Source of the DNA: an uncultured delta proteobacterium
GTDB lineage: Bacteria > Myxococcota > UBA727 > VGSZ01
Reading direction: 5' to 3'
Length of the DNA stretch: 64,000 nucleotides
Assembly (NCBI GenBank): GCA_963775425.1
Contig: CAVZJB010000011.1
Coordinates: forward strand, 1,085,751 to 1,149,750
The translations under genes were made by a program, and so were the position numbers. The notes beneath the pieces are model-generated. The model was given only the letters and a program-made list of their open reading frames with translations, ran no database searches and was not told the DNA's origin. This document shows positions 51,795-61,358 of the stretch, piece after piece (the first letter of the stretch is position 1; each line of letters starts with the position of its first letter).

Positions 51795-51810
51795 GGGCAC
51801 GCTCACTGCA
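51795..51810 (+). promoter_or_regulatory. sigma54 -24/-12 promoter
   Basis: GGGCACGctcaCTGCA; GG(51796-7)-N10-GC(51808-9). Confidence 0.55.
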
Positions 51811-51822
51811 CGGCACGTGTGC

Positions 51823-53073
51823 ATGATCACCTCGCCCGCGCACCCACGCCTCCTCGTTCGCTGGTTCGTCCAGTTCAACCCGCTGTTCACCGCGAGCGCG
51901 CTGTGCGTGCTCGGCGGCGTCCTGCTGTTGTCGCGCGCCATGGGCGCCGGCGCCGACGTCGCGCTCACGGCGGTGCTCGAGGGCTACCAGTGGATCGTCA
52001 TCGGCGTCGCGGCGCTCTTGTACCGCCGCCTCCTCGAGCGCCGGCCCGCGGCCATCCTCGGCGTCATCGCGCTCGTCTTCCTCGCCGACCCGACGCTACA
52101 GGTGAGCGCCCTCGCGGGCTCGCGCCACGTCGTCGTCACGGGGCTGTGGATCGCGTGCTTCGCGCTCAAGTGGCGCGCGCTCGAGTGGGCGTTTCGCCTG
52201 CGCGCGTCGTTCGCCGCGCGGGTGCTGCCGCCGCTGTGCGCGGCGCTCGTGGCGCTCGTGCCGAACGCGCGCCTGCTCGGCGTCGGCGACGGCGTGTTGC
52301 CGGTGGCGCTGGCGGCGGCGACGTTCGGCGCCGGCGTGATGTTCGCGTTCGGCCGGGTGCGCGTGACGAGCGAGCGAGCCCTCGACGAGGTCGGCGCGCT
52401 GATGTTCCCGCGCATCCTCGTCGCCGCCGCGGCCATCGGCGCCGCGGGCGCGCTCTACCAGTGCGTGAACGCCACCCTCGCCGCCGGCCCCGCGGCGCTC
52501 CTCGCCGTCCTCGGCGCCGCCGTCCTCGTCTTCGCCGCCAAGGCCAGGAGCGAGCGCGCCACGTGGACGGTCGGCTTCATCGGCTTCGTGCTGACGGCGG
52601 CGGCGACGCAGCAGCCGGAGACGGCGCTGCTCCTGGCGGCGGCCGCGCTCGTCGTGTCGTCGCGCGACAAGGCCCCGCGCCTGCTCGTCGTCGCGGTCGT
52701 CGCCGCCGCCGTGGCGGTGCACCTGCCGGTGCTCGGAGCGAGGGCGGTCGCCGCGTGGACGCCGGGGCTCGTCGCCGCCGACGCGTCCGCCACCGCCGCG
52801 CTCGCGTACGTGCTCCTGCGCCGCCGTGGCTGGTCCGCGCTCCCGGCGCTCGGCGCCCTGCACGCGCGCTTCCTCGCGTCGCTCGGCGCGAGCCTGGTGA
52901 GCGGGGCCGCGGCGCAGGGGCGGGTGCCGTGGGGCCTCGCGCTCGTCGCCGCGGGCTTCGTGCTGTTGCCCGCGGGCGTCGCGCTGCACCGGCGCGCGAG
53001 CCGCGTGCTCGCCGCCGACGAGGCCGCGCGCGACGCCGGGCCCTCGAGCCCCGCGGCGATCCCCGCGGGCTGA
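51823..53073 (+). CDS. polytopic membrane protein of unknown function
   Basis: More than 10 hydrophobic helices; N-terminal WFVQFNPLFTASALCVLGG. Confidence 0.8.
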   Translation: MITSPAHPRLLVRWFVQFNPLFTASALCVLGGVLLLSRAMGAGADVALTAVLEGYQWIVIGVAALLYRRLLERRPAAILGVIALVFLADPTLQVSALAGSRHVVVTGLWIACFALKWRALEWAFRLRASFAARVLPPLCAALVALVPNARLLGVGDGVLPVALAAATFGAGVMFAFGRVRVTSERALDEVGALMFPRILVAAAAIGAAGALYQCVNATLAAGPAALLAVLGAAVLVFAAKARSERATWTVGFIGFVLTAAATQQPETALLLAAAALVVSSRDKAPRLLVVAVVAAAVAVHLPVLGARAVAAWTPGLVAADASATAALAYVLLRRRGWSALPALGALHARFLASLGASLVSGAAAQGRVPWGLALVAAGFVLLPAGVALHRRASRVLAADEAARDAGPSSPAAIPAG

Positions 53074-53132
53074 TTGAGGCCGCGCCGCACGAGATTGTTG
53101 CGCGCGGGCGCTCCCCGGCGTAGCCCGCGCGC

Positions 53133-54092
53133 ATGAACGACATCCCCCGTGCCGCGCGTCCCGCCGTTGTCATGAGCCTCCTCGCAGCGGTGTGCGCGCT
53201 CGGCGGCTGCGCGTCGGCGTCCGCGGCCGCGGCGTCGGCGGCGAAGGCGGCGTCGGCGGACGCGACGCACGAAGCGACGACGGCGGCGAAGACGGAGGCG
53301 AAGGCCGCGGCGGCGCAGATCGCGCCGGTCCTGGCGAGCCTCGATTGTGCCGCGGCGGGGTCGATGGACAAGACCGCCGTCGACGCGCTCATCACCGCGT
53401 CGCTCGCGGGCAAGCAGCGCGCGCCCGAGCACGTCGCGCGCGACGTCTATCGCCACCCGAAGGACACGCTCGACTTCTTCGGGCTGCGCCCGACCATGAA
53501 CGTCGTCGAGCTCTGGCCCGGCGGCGGGTGGTACACCGAGGTCCTCGCGCCGCTCCTGCGCGACTGCGGGCACCTGTCATCGGCCGCGCCGCACAGCGAC
53601 AGCTACGCCGAGAAGCTGCGCGGGCAGCCCAACGTCTACGACAAAGTCACCACCGTCGACGTCGACACCAAGGGCGACATCTCCCTCGGCCCGGACGGCG
53701 CCGCGGACATGGTCGTCACGTTCCGGAACATCCACAACTGGATGGCCGGGGGCTACGAGGACAAGATCTACGCGGCCGCGTTCCGCGCGCTCAAGCCCGG
53801 CGGCATCTTCGGCGTCGTCGAGCATCGCGCGAAGAAGGGCGCCGACGAGGCGGAGTCGTCCAAGAAGGGCTACGTCGACGAGGACGCGGTGATCAAGCGC
53901 ATCGAGAAGGCCGGCTTCGTGCTCGAGGAGAAATCCGAGCTGAACGCCAACCCCAACGACACCAAGGACTACGAAAAAGGCGTGTGGACCCTGCCGCCGG
54001 CGTTGCGCCTCGGCGACGTCGACAAGGCAAAGTACCTCGCCATCGGCGAGAGCGACCGCATGACGCTTCGGTTCAAGAAGCCCGCGAAGTAG
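53133..54092 (+). CDS. exported class I SAM-dependent methyltransferase-like protein (COG4798 type)
   Basis: RDVYRHPKDTLDFFGL, VELWPGGGWYTEVL, VTFRNIHNW, LKPGG, GVWTLPP, IGESDRMTLRF; lipobox LGGC. Alternative start 53172. Confidence 0.9.
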   Translation: MNDIPRAARPAVVMSLLAAVCALGGCASASAAAASAAKAASADATHEATTAAKTEAKAAAAQIAPVLASLDCAAAGSMDKTAVDALITASLAGKQRAPEHVARDVYRHPKDTLDFFGLRPTMNVVELWPGGGWYTEVLAPLLRDCGHLSSAAPHSDSYAEKLRGQPNVYDKVTTVDVDTKGDISLGPDGAADMVVTFRNIHNWMAGGYEDKIYAAAFRALKPGGIFGVVEHRAKKGADEAESSKKGYVDEDAVIKRIEKAGFVLEEKSELNANPNDTKDYEKGVWTLPPALRLGDVDKAKYLAIGESDRMTLRFKKPAK

Positions 54093-54176
54093 CGCCGCGC
54101 GTTCGTCCGTGCGCGACGAGCCGCGCGCCCTTGCACGGCGATTGCGCCTCGTGCGCGCGCCTCCTATGAGCGCGGC

Positions 54177-55040
54177 ATGAGCAAGATCGCGTTCCTCGGC
54201 ACGGGTCTCATGGGTGCGGCGCTCGCCGAGGCCGCCGCCAAGCGCGGCGACGACGTGGTCGCCTGGAACCGCACGAAGAAGAAGGCGGAGGCGCTCGCGC
54301 CGTTCGGTGTGCGAGCGGCGTCGTCGCCGGCGGAGGCCGTCGCCGGCGTGGAGCGCGTGCACGTGATGCTCTCCGACGACGCCGCGGTCGACGCGGTCCT
54401 CGCAGACCTCCTGGCGAACGCCGCCGCCGCCATGAAGACGGCGCTCGTCGTCGACCACAGCACGGTGTCGCCGGCGGGCACCGCGGCGCGCGCCAAGCGC
54501 ATGGAGGACGCCGGCGTCGCGTTTTTGCACGCGCCGGTGTTGATGTCGCCGGCGGCGTGTCGCGCCGCGTCGGGACTCATGCTCGCGGCGGGGCCGCGCG
54601 CGGTGTTCGAGCGCGCCCGGCCCGCGCTCGAGCCCATGACGGGCAAGGTGTTGTTCCTCGGCGAGCGCAGGGACCTCGCCGCCGCCAACAAGCTCTTCGC
54701 CAACGCGATGATCATCGCCAACACCGCCGGCCTCGCCGACGTCTTCGCCATGGCCAAGGGCCTCGGCATCGCCGCCCCGGACGCCCGCGCCATCTTCGAT
54801 ACGTTCAACCCCGCCGTCGTCGTCGGGTACCGCGGCGGCGCCATGGCCAAGGGCGACTACACGCCGAGCTTCGAGCTCACCATGGCGCGCAAGGACGTGC
54901 GTTTGATGCTCGAGACCGCCGGCGACGCGCCGCTCGCGGTGCTGCCCGCGGTGGCGTCGCGCATGGACGCGCTCGTGGCGCGCGGGCTCGGCGGCGACGA
55001 CATGGGCGTGCTCGCTGTCGACGTCGTGCCCAAGGCGTAG
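54177..55040 (+). CDS. NAD(P)-dependent beta-hydroxyacid dehydrogenase family oxidoreductase
   Basis: IAFLGTGLMG, WNRT, DHSTVSP, APV, KLFAN, F..TMARKDVRL. Confidence 0.93.
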   Translation: MSKIAFLGTGLMGAALAEAAAKRGDDVVAWNRTKKKAEALAPFGVRAASSPAEAVAGVERVHVMLSDDAAVDAVLADLLANAAAAMKTALVVDHSTVSPAGTAARAKRMEDAGVAFLHAPVLMSPAACRAASGLMLAAGPRAVFERARPALEPMTGKVLFLGERRDLAAANKLFANAMIIANTAGLADVFAMAKGLGIAAPDARAIFDTFNPAVVVGYRGGAMAKGDYTPSFELTMARKDVRLMLETAGDAPLAVLPAVASRMDALVARGLGGDDMGVLAVDVVPKA

Positions 55041-55086
55041 TCGAGCGACGGAGACACGCGTCGCGACGTTGCCTCGCGGAGCGTGC

Positions 55087-55401
55087 TCAGCGCTCGACCT
55101 TCACCCCGCGCCAGAAGGCGATGCGGCCGCGGATGTTGTCGGCCGCGGGCTTGGGATCCTTGTAGACCCACGCGGCGTCGTGGTTCACCTCGCCGCCGGC
55201 GACGACGTCGAAGTAGCAGGCGTCGCCCTTCCAACCGCACACGGTGTGCTTCTCGGTCGGCTGCAGCGCGCCCGCGGCGACGGCGCTGGCCGGAAAGTAG
55301 ACGTTGCCCTCGACGATCTCGACGTCGTCGGTCTCCGCGATTACGGCGCCGTTCCAGGTTGCCTCGGCACGCGTTCCTCCCGTTGTTGTCACGAGGACCA
55401 T
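55087..55401 (-). CDS. DUF427 domain protein
   Basis: ATWNGAVIAETD..VEGNVYFP...HTVCGWKGDACYF...AAWVY..P...IRGRIAFW. Start 55401 or GTG 55392. Confidence 0.92.
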   Translation of the reverse strand: MVLVTTTGGTRAEATWNGAVIAETDDVEIVEGNVYFPASAVAAGALQPTEKHTVCGWKGDACYFDVVAGGEVNHDAAWVYKDPKPAADNIRGRIAFWRGVKVER

Positions 55402-55435
55402 AGCCGACGCGCGCCGAGTGGGTATGGTGCCGCAG

Positions 55436-56803
55436 ATGACGGACCCGCTCCACGGCGTCACTCTCGAGAAGATCGTGACCGAGCTTGTCGACGCGTACGG
55501 CTTCCCCGAGCTGGCGGTGCAGATCCCGGTCCGGTGCTTTCAGAACGATCCGAGCGTGAAGTCGTCGCTGAAGTTCCTGCGGCGCACGCCGTGGGCGCGC
55601 GCGAAGGTGGAGAGCTTCTATCTCTTTCACCTGCGCGAGCAGCGGCGCCGCGCGCGGCGCGTCCACGCCGACGACCTGCGGGCCGCCGCCGGGCTCGCCG
55701 TCGAGGCGACGCAGGGCGTGATGGGCGTCGTCGGCGAGATGCACAAGGCCATCGGCGCCGTGCCCATCATCACCGACCTCGTCTACCAGGTGATGCGCGG
55801 GGTCACCGGGCTCGTCGGCGCCGGCGTCGACGCCGTGGTGGCGTCGGTGGCACCTCTCCTCGGCGACAGCGCACCCGGGGCCGAGCGCGAGGCGGTGCTC
55901 GCCGTGCTGAACGGCGTCGTCGGCGATCGCCTCGCGGAGCAGGGCAACCCGCTCGCGATCCAGATGTCGCTGCGGCCGCCGCTCGAGGGGCTCCACCGGG
56001 GCGGGACGCTGCTCGTCCTCGTCCACGGCTCGTGCATGAACGATCTGCAGTGGACGCGGGGCGGTCACGACCACGGGCGCGCGCTCGCGCGCGACCTCGG
56101 CTTCACGCCGGCGTACGTCCACTACAACAGTGGCCGCCACGTGTCCGACAACGGCCGCGAGCTGGCCGGGCTCATCGAGGCAGAAGCGGGAGGGTTCGCC
56201 GACGTCGTCCTCGTCGCGCACTCCATGGGTGGCCTGGTCGCGCGCTCGGCGGTCCTGTGCGCCGAGGACGCAGGGCACGCCTGGCGCGCCAAGCTGCGCG
56301 CGCTCGTCACGCTCGGGACGCCCCACCACGGGGCGCCGCTCGAGCGCGGCGGCAACGTCATCGATCTCCTCCTCGGCGTGAGCCGGTACAGCGCGCCGCT
56401 GGGCGCGCTCGGCCAGATCCGCAGCGCGGGCGTCACCGATATGCGGTACGGCAACGTCGTCGACGCCGATTGGCGTGGCGTCGATCGATTCGCCCACGGA
56501 CCGGACCCGCGGAGACCGTCGCCGCTCCCGGGAGGCGTGCCTTGCTTCGCGGTGGCGGCGACGCGATCGCCGGCGCCGGCGTCGGACGCGGCGTCGGACG
56601 GGGCGGCGGGCGCCGCGCTCGCCGGGGACGGCCTCGTCCCCGTCGACAGCGCGCTCGGCAGGCACGCGGACGATGCGTTCAGGCTGCGATTCACCGAGAG
56701 CCGCATCGTCTACGCGGCCGGCCACCTCGACCTCGTCGGCAGCCCGGAGGTGTACGAGCAGGTTCGTGCGTGGCTGGCCACCGCGGGCGCCTCCGGTCCG
56801 TGA
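55436..56803 (+). CDS. VF530/DUF2132 domain fused to a PGAP1-like alpha/beta hydrolase
   Basis: DPLHGVTLE...RCFQNDPSVKSSLKFLRRTPWARAKVE (VF530), in frame with LVHGSCMND, AHSMGGLV, LGTPHHGAPLE, GDGLVP, GHLDL. Confidence 0.88.
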   Translation: MTDPLHGVTLEKIVTELVDAYGFPELAVQIPVRCFQNDPSVKSSLKFLRRTPWARAKVESFYLFHLREQRRRARRVHADDLRAAAGLAVEATQGVMGVVGEMHKAIGAVPIITDLVYQVMRGVTGLVGAGVDAVVASVAPLLGDSAPGAEREAVLAVLNGVVGDRLAEQGNPLAIQMSLRPPLEGLHRGGTLLVLVHGSCMNDLQWTRGGHDHGRALARDLGFTPAYVHYNSGRHVSDNGRELAGLIEAEAGGFADVVLVAHSMGGLVARSAVLCAEDAGHAWRAKLRALVTLGTPHHGAPLERGGNVIDLLLGVSRYSAPLGALGQIRSAGVTDMRYGNVVDADWRGVDRFAHGPDPRRPSPLPGGVPCFAVAATRSPAPASDAASDGAAGAALAGDGLVPVDSALGRHADDAFRLRFTESRIVYAAGHLDLVGSPEVYEQVRAWLATAGASGP

Positions 56804-56808
56804 GCGCG

Positions 56809-57141
56809 TCAGGCGCGCGGGCGGGTCACCGACCAATCCGCCACGCGCGCGTCGTGGCGGGCCGCGTGGGCATCGAGCGCGTCGCTGCGCGCGACAAAGG
56901 AAGTCTCGTCGTGCGCGCGCGTCTCGCTGAGCTGTACGAAGAAGAGCGTGGCGTCGTCGGGGTCCGGGAGGATGCGCTCGACGACGAGGCCCAGCTCCTT
57001 CGCGCCGTCGATCACGGGCTCGACCGCTGCGGCGCCCACGTCGACGACGAGCGCGCTGAAGCGCAGCGCCCCCCGCGGGTCGAGGCCCACGCCGGCGATG
57101 CCGGCGTAGATCTCTGTCGCGCTGCGACGCGGTGCGCTCAC
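56809..57141 (-). CDS. hypothetical protein, weakly RraB-like
   Basis: GGAGAA before GTG 57141; beta-alpha-beta pattern ending ...AARHDARVADW. Confidence 0.5.
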   Translation of the reverse strand: MSAPRRSATEIYAGIAGVGLDPRGALRFSALVVDVGAAAVEPVIDGAKELGLVVERILPDPDDATLFFVQLSETRAHDETSFVARSDALDAHAARHDARVADWSVTRPRA

Positions 57142-57520
57142 TTCTCCTCCGGCTCCGCTCGGGCGGCGTCTCCGCCGCGCGCGTTGTACCCCCACGGCGC
57201 CGCGTCCGTCGACGGTGCCTGATCGTCGAGCGCGCCCGCGGGTGCTAGAGAAGTGATCCGCATAGCGGAATAGGGTCAGTGCCGGCGCGCGCGGTGGTCC
57301 CGCCGCCGGTGCGCACGAGAGCCCTGCACATCGCCACGAAGCCGCCACAGCGACACCGCTGCAAATTCCGCGTCCGGACGTCTCGGTGTCAGCGCACCGG
57401 CGACGGGCCTGGCGCACGCCCGCCGCTTCGTGCGCATCGACGACGTGCGCGCGGCGCTTCGCGCCGAGAGCTTGGCCGACCCATTTGTTTTTGCGGCTCA
57501 ACTCTCTAGCCTCGACGCGA

Positions 57521-58006
57521 GTGGGCTCGAGGAGCTGCCCCTGCGGATCCGGCGGCGCCGAGAGCGCTTGCTGCCGGCCGCTGTTGCGCGGCGCCGAAGC
57601 CGCGGACGCGGTCGCGCTCATGCGCTCACGCTACACGGCGTTCGCCACCGGCGACGTCGACCACCTCTGGCGCACGCTCGACGACGCGCACGTGGATCGG
57701 GCGCGGCCGAAGGACGAGGTGCTGCGGATGTTGCGCGACACCTGCCGCCGCGTGCGCTTCATGCGCCTGCGCGTCCTCGACCACGCTCCGGCCGGGGCCG
57801 ACGGCTTCGCGCGCGTCCTCTTCTCGGTGCGCGCCTTCGACAAGGCGCGCGTTGTCGGGGCGGCCGCTCCCTCCGGTCGCAACAGCTCCTTCCACGAGCT
57901 GTCGCGCTTTCGCCATGACGGCGTGGGCTGGAGGTACGTCGACGGCGCGTCCGGCGACGGCGAGGCGCCCGCCGGCTGCACCATCGCGGCGTTCCGCTCG
58001 CCATGA
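57521..58006 (+). CDS. ychJ: YchJ family protein (SEC-C motif + NTF2-like)
   Basis: CPCGSG....CC.P, ALMRSRYTAF, FHELSRF....WRYVDG. Confidence 0.88.
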   Translation: MGSRSCPCGSGGAESACCRPLLRGAEAADAVALMRSRYTAFATGDVDHLWRTLDDAHVDRARPKDEVLRMLRDTCRRVRFMRLRVLDHAPAGADGFARVLFSVRAFDKARVVGAAAPSGRNSSFHELSRFRHDGVGWRYVDGASGDGEAPAGCTIAAFRSP

Positions 58007-58141
58007 CCGGGTCGCGCCGGGGCGAGGCGGGACGCCACGGGGGGGCGCCGCGGGTTCGTTGCCGAGTTGTCACCTGGCCGTCACGGATCCGGGGGCCCGG
58101 GCCCTTGTCAGCGGGAGCCGAAACGCGAGAACAAATGGGTC

Positions 58142-58489
58142 ATGACGAAGGCGTTCCTCAACACCGGGCTCGCGTTCTGTGTCGACGTCCTCAAGCTCGC
58201 GCCGAAGACGCGCAAGAAGGGGCGCGGCGTAGATCTCAACCCGGCGACGCTCACCGTGAAGGCCGAGCGGCTCGACGAGCTGCTGCGGCGGATCGACGGC
58301 GGGATCACGCCGATGGATCCGCCCGAGGTCGAGAGCTACGTCGTGACCATCACGGGGATCCTGCGGAGCTGGCGCGAGGAGGCGAAGGGCGTCGCGCCCG
58401 CGGTCCAGGCGGAGCTCGACACCGTGATGGAGCGGGCCGCGCTCATGTTGCGCCTGCTTCCGACGGCGTCCATCGGCCAGCACACCTGA
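58142..58489 (+). CDS. hypothetical protein
   Basis: GC3-biased 115-aa frame MTKAFLNTGLAFCVDVLKLAP... Confidence 0.5.
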   Translation: MTKAFLNTGLAFCVDVLKLAPKTRKKGRGVDLNPATLTVKAERLDELLRRIDGGITPMDPPEVESYVVTITGILRSWREEAKGVAPAVQAELDTVMERAALMLRLLPTASIGQHT

Positions 58490-58499
58490 AAGGCGCTGC

Positions 58500-58845
58500 A
58501 CGGCGCAGGCCCGCGCATCAAGACGCCCATCTGGGAGCTGCTGCTGCCGCGTTCCGAGGTGGAGTCCGTCGACCCCGGCTTCGGCTCGTGAACAACGGCG
58601 GCGACTTCACCACCGCCAAGGCGGAGGTGACGAAGCTGCTGCAGGACAAGCTCGTCACCGAGGAGCGCACAACAACGACGACAAGGTGCTCGCGGCGAGC
58701 CTGAAGCTCCTCGGCGACGCCGTCGGCAAGGCCAACGGCCGCGACGGCTACCAACGTGAAGAAGGCGCAGCTCGCCGACGCCAACAAGCAGCTCCGGCTT
58801 CGTGCATGAGGCACTTCACGTTGAAGATCGAGGAAGACACGTAGC
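58500..58845 (+). pseudogene. decayed gene fragments
   Basis: Short coding-like runs in alternating frames: LVNNGGDFTTAKAEVTKLLQDKL / NNDDKVLAASLKLLGDAVGK / TNVKKAQLADANKQL / RHFTLKIEEDT*. Confidence 0.4.
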
Positions 58846-58862
58846 CGTCGAGTACGGCGCGG

Positions 58863-59246
58863 CTACGGCCTCGCGGTCGCGGCCGGCAGACGGCGCCAGA
58901 GGAAGTACGAGAGGGCCCACAGCACCGCGGTGCCCGCCGCCCAGCCCCACGACTCCGCTCCGTCGCCGACCGCAAGGTGAGCGATGAGCGCAGAGGCGAG
59001 GGTGATGGCGAAGCCGGCGTACGCCCACTCCTTCAGCCGCGCCGGCGCCGGCGCGAGCAGCACCGCCACGCCCGCGAGCTTCGCCCACGACAGCTCCACC
59101 CGGAAGTAGCCGGGGAAGCCGAGGTGCGTGAACGCGTGCGCCACCTGCGGCAGCCGGAGTTGCGCATAGGCGGTGAAGCCGATCTGCATGCAGAAGAGCG
59201 CGGTGGCGATCCAGAAGCCGATGACGATTCCTTTGGAGCGGGACAC
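58863..59246 (-). CDS. DoxX family membrane protein
   Basis: FTHLGFPGYFRVELSWAK...RLKEWAYAGF. Confidence 0.9.
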   Translation of the reverse strand: MSRSKGIVIGFWIATALFCMQIGFTAYAQLRLPQVAHAFTHLGFPGYFRVELSWAKLAGVAVLLAPAPARLKEWAYAGFAITLASALIAHLAVGDGAESWGWAAGTAVLWALSYFLWRRLPAATARP

Positions 59247-59247
59247 C

Positions 59248-59814
59248 TCAGGCCCCCGCGCCTTTCGACGACCAGCTCGGAGCCTCGACGCCGAGCTGCT
59301 TCGCGTATTCGCTCGTGAGGCGACGCCAGTCGTGCTTCGTCGCTTCGCCGCCGACGATGCGTCCGAGCGGATCGCCTGCGAGGAGCCGGTCGAGGACGTC
59401 GAAGCAGATGTGCCAGCCCGCGGCGCCCCACGAGATGAAGTTGCGATCGATGTTGTGCCAGAGCGTGAGGCGCGTGCCGCCGCCGTCGACCGGCTCGAGC
59501 TCCCAGCGGAGGTCGTTGCCGCCCCAGTTGTACTCGAGGAGACGCGGCGCTTCGGCGCGCTTCACGCTCGTGTCGGTGACCACAGGCTTCGGTGTCCCGA
59601 CCGCGGAGAGCTTCACCGGCCCGACGGCGCCCATGTCTCGATCGGCGTCGAAGGGCGCCCACTCGGACAGGTGCGCCGGATCGGTCAGCGCCTCCCAGAC
59701 CAACGCCGGCGGGTGACGGAGGTCTCGCACGAGGATGAGGGTCCACTTCTCCGCGTCCTTCTGGACGCTGGCGCCGGCGGCGGGGCCGGGGATGTACTTG
59801 TCACGGTTGCTCAT
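59248..59814 (-). CDS. SRPBCC/AHSA1 family protein
   Basis: RDLRHPPALVWEALTDP..LSEWAPF, LEYNWG, GTRLTL.H, AAGWHICFDVL. Confidence 0.9.
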   Translation of the reverse strand: MSNRDKYIPGPAAGASVQKDAEKWTLILVRDLRHPPALVWEALTDPAHLSEWAPFDADRDMGAVGPVKLSAVGTPKPVVTDTSVKRAEAPRLLEYNWGGNDLRWELEPVDGGGTRLTLWHNIDRNFISWGAAGWHICFDVLDRLLAGDPLGRIVGGEATKHDWRRLTSEYAKQLGVEAPSWSSKGAGA

Positions 59815-60143
59815 CGCTTCTTTCCTTTCCTGGGGGTCTGCTCCATCCGATCGAGGTGCCGCTCGAGCGCGTCGACGTGGGCGCTCCAGAAGCGCCGGAA
59901 CGGCTCGAGCCAGGCGTCGACCTCCTTGAGCGGCTCGGGGCGCAGCCGATAGACGCGCCGCTGGGCCTCGACGCGCGCCTCCACGAGGCCGGCCTCGCGC
60001 AGCACGCGGAGGTGCTTGGACACGGAGGTCTGCGGCATGCGCAGCCGGCGCTCGAGCTCGCCGACGGAGCGCTCCGACGACGCCAACAGGCTGAGGATGG
60101 TGCGGCGGTTCGGCTCCGCGATGACCGCAAACGAAGATACCAT
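59811..60143 (-). CDS. ArsR/SmtB family transcriptional regulator
   Basis: FAVIAEPNRRTILSLL..ERSVGEL...QTSVSKHLRVLREAGLV..R..AQRRVYRL. Confidence 0.93.
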   Translation of the reverse strand: MVSSFAVIAEPNRRTILSLLASSERSVGELERRLRMPQTSVSKHLRVLREAGLVEARVEAQRRVYRLRPEPLKEVDAWLEPFRRFWSAHVDALERHLDRMEQTPRKGKKR

Positions 60144-60148
60144 GCCGG

Positions 60149-60179
60149 TCATATACCGAATAAGGAATATACCGGTCAA
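60149..60179 (-). promoter_or_regulatory. sigma70-type promoter overlapped by an imperfect palindromic operator
   Basis: Minus strand TTGACC-N18-TATATG, 6 nt before ATG 60143; imperfect palindrome ATATACCGAATAAGGAATAT at 60151-60170. Confidence 0.6.
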
Positions 60180-60243
60180 GTCATATTCGGGCCGGGCGCC
60201 GGCGCGAGGAGGCGGCGCGCCCTCGAGCGCCGCGCCGCGCGCG

Positions 60244-61272
60244 TCAGCCGTCGCTCTTGAGCTTGCGCCAGAGCGTGTTCCGCGAGATCCCGAGCGCGCG
60301 GGCCGCGAGGCCGACGGCGCCGCCGCACGCTTCGAGCGCCTTGTGGACATGGGCTCGCTCGACATCGGCGAGCGTGGCGATGGCGGTCACATCGCTCGCG
60401 TCCGCGCGCGCACCACCCCCGAGGGCGACATCACCGAGGAGGTCCTCGGGTAGATCCTGGACGCCGAGCACGTCTCCCTCGGCGAGCGCGGCGCCGTGAA
60501 GGATCGCGTTTTGCAGCTCGCGCACGTTGCCGGGCCACGGCGCGCGCAACAGCGTGTCGCGAGCGGCCTTGTCGAGCGTGCGCATTCGACCGGACGCGGT
60601 CGGCCCGAGGTCCGCGAGGAAGTGCGCGACGAGCGGCAGGATGTCTTCGCGCCGCTCGCGCAGGGCCGGCACGCGGAGCGACAGCACTTTGAGACGAAAG
60701 TAGAGGTCCTCCCGGAACCGCCCGGCCCTGACCTCGGCGCGAAGGTCACGGTGGGTCGCGCCCACGATGCGCGCATCGACGGCGAAGCTCCTCGATTCAC
60801 CCACGCGGCGAACTTCGCCGTCCTGCAACGCGCGCAGGAGCTTCGCCTGCAGGGCCAGCGGCATCTCGGCGATCTCATCGAGGAAGAGCGTGCCGCCGGC
60901 CGCCTCCTCGAAGAGGCCGGCGCGCGCGGTCGCCGCGCCGGTGAACGCGCCGCGCGCGTGTCCGAACAGCTCCGTCTCGAGGAGCTCCGAGGGCAACGCC
61001 GCGACATTCACGGCGACGAACGGCTTGTCGTGGCGCGGACCGCTTGCGTGCACGGCGCGAGCGACGACCTCCTTGCCCGTTCCGCTCTCGCCGAAGATCA
61101 CGAGCGCCGCGTCCGAGCGCGCGAAGCGCGCCGCGCGCACGAGCACCGCCTGCATCGCCGGGCTCGCCGCGATGACGCGGGCCGTCCCGTGCCCCCTGGG
61201 GTGCTCCTGCGCCAGGCCGCACACTTCACAGCGATCGAGCACGGGCAGCGCATGTCTCACCATGTCTCGCAT
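60244..61272 (-). CDS. sigma54-dependent activator with only a short CxxC/His N-terminal extension
   Basis: GESGTGKE, intact [50 protein letters not shown]; N-terminus [14 protein letters not shown]. Start 61272 or 61263. Confidence 0.92.
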   Translation of the reverse strand: MRDMVRHALPVLDRCEVCGLAQEHPRGHGTARVIAASPAMQAVLVRAARFARSDAALVIFGESGTGKEVVARAVHASGPRHDKPFVAVNVAALPSELLETELFGHARGAFTGAATARAGLFEEAAGGTLFLDEIAEMPLALQAKLLRALQDGEVRRVGESRSFAVDARIVGATHRDLRAEVRAGRFREDLYFRLKVLSLRVPALRERREDILPLVAHFLADLGPTASGRMRTLDKAARDTLLRAPWPGNVRELQNAILHGAALAEGDVLGVQDLPEDLLGDVALGGGARADASDVTAIATLADVERAHVHKALEACGGAVGLAARALGISRNTLWRKLKSDG

Positions 61273-61330
61273 TGTTCCATTCTGGAACCACCCGGGCAAG
61301 GCGGCGGCGCAGCGGCGCCGCCACGGGGCC

Positions 61331-61346
61331 CGGCACGGCACGTGGA
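61331..61346 (+). promoter_or_regulatory. sigma54-like promoter of ric (non-canonical -12 GG)
   Basis: CGGCACGgcacGTGGA; the -24 element is good, the -12 has G instead of C. Confidence 0.4.
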
Positions 61347-61358
61347 TTGGTGAGCGGC

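Noticed and set aside
57265-57330. Cobalamin riboswitch suggested by AATAGGG
   Set aside because: Lacks GGGAA, the CCCGC.ACTGT B12 box and a cognate downstream gene.
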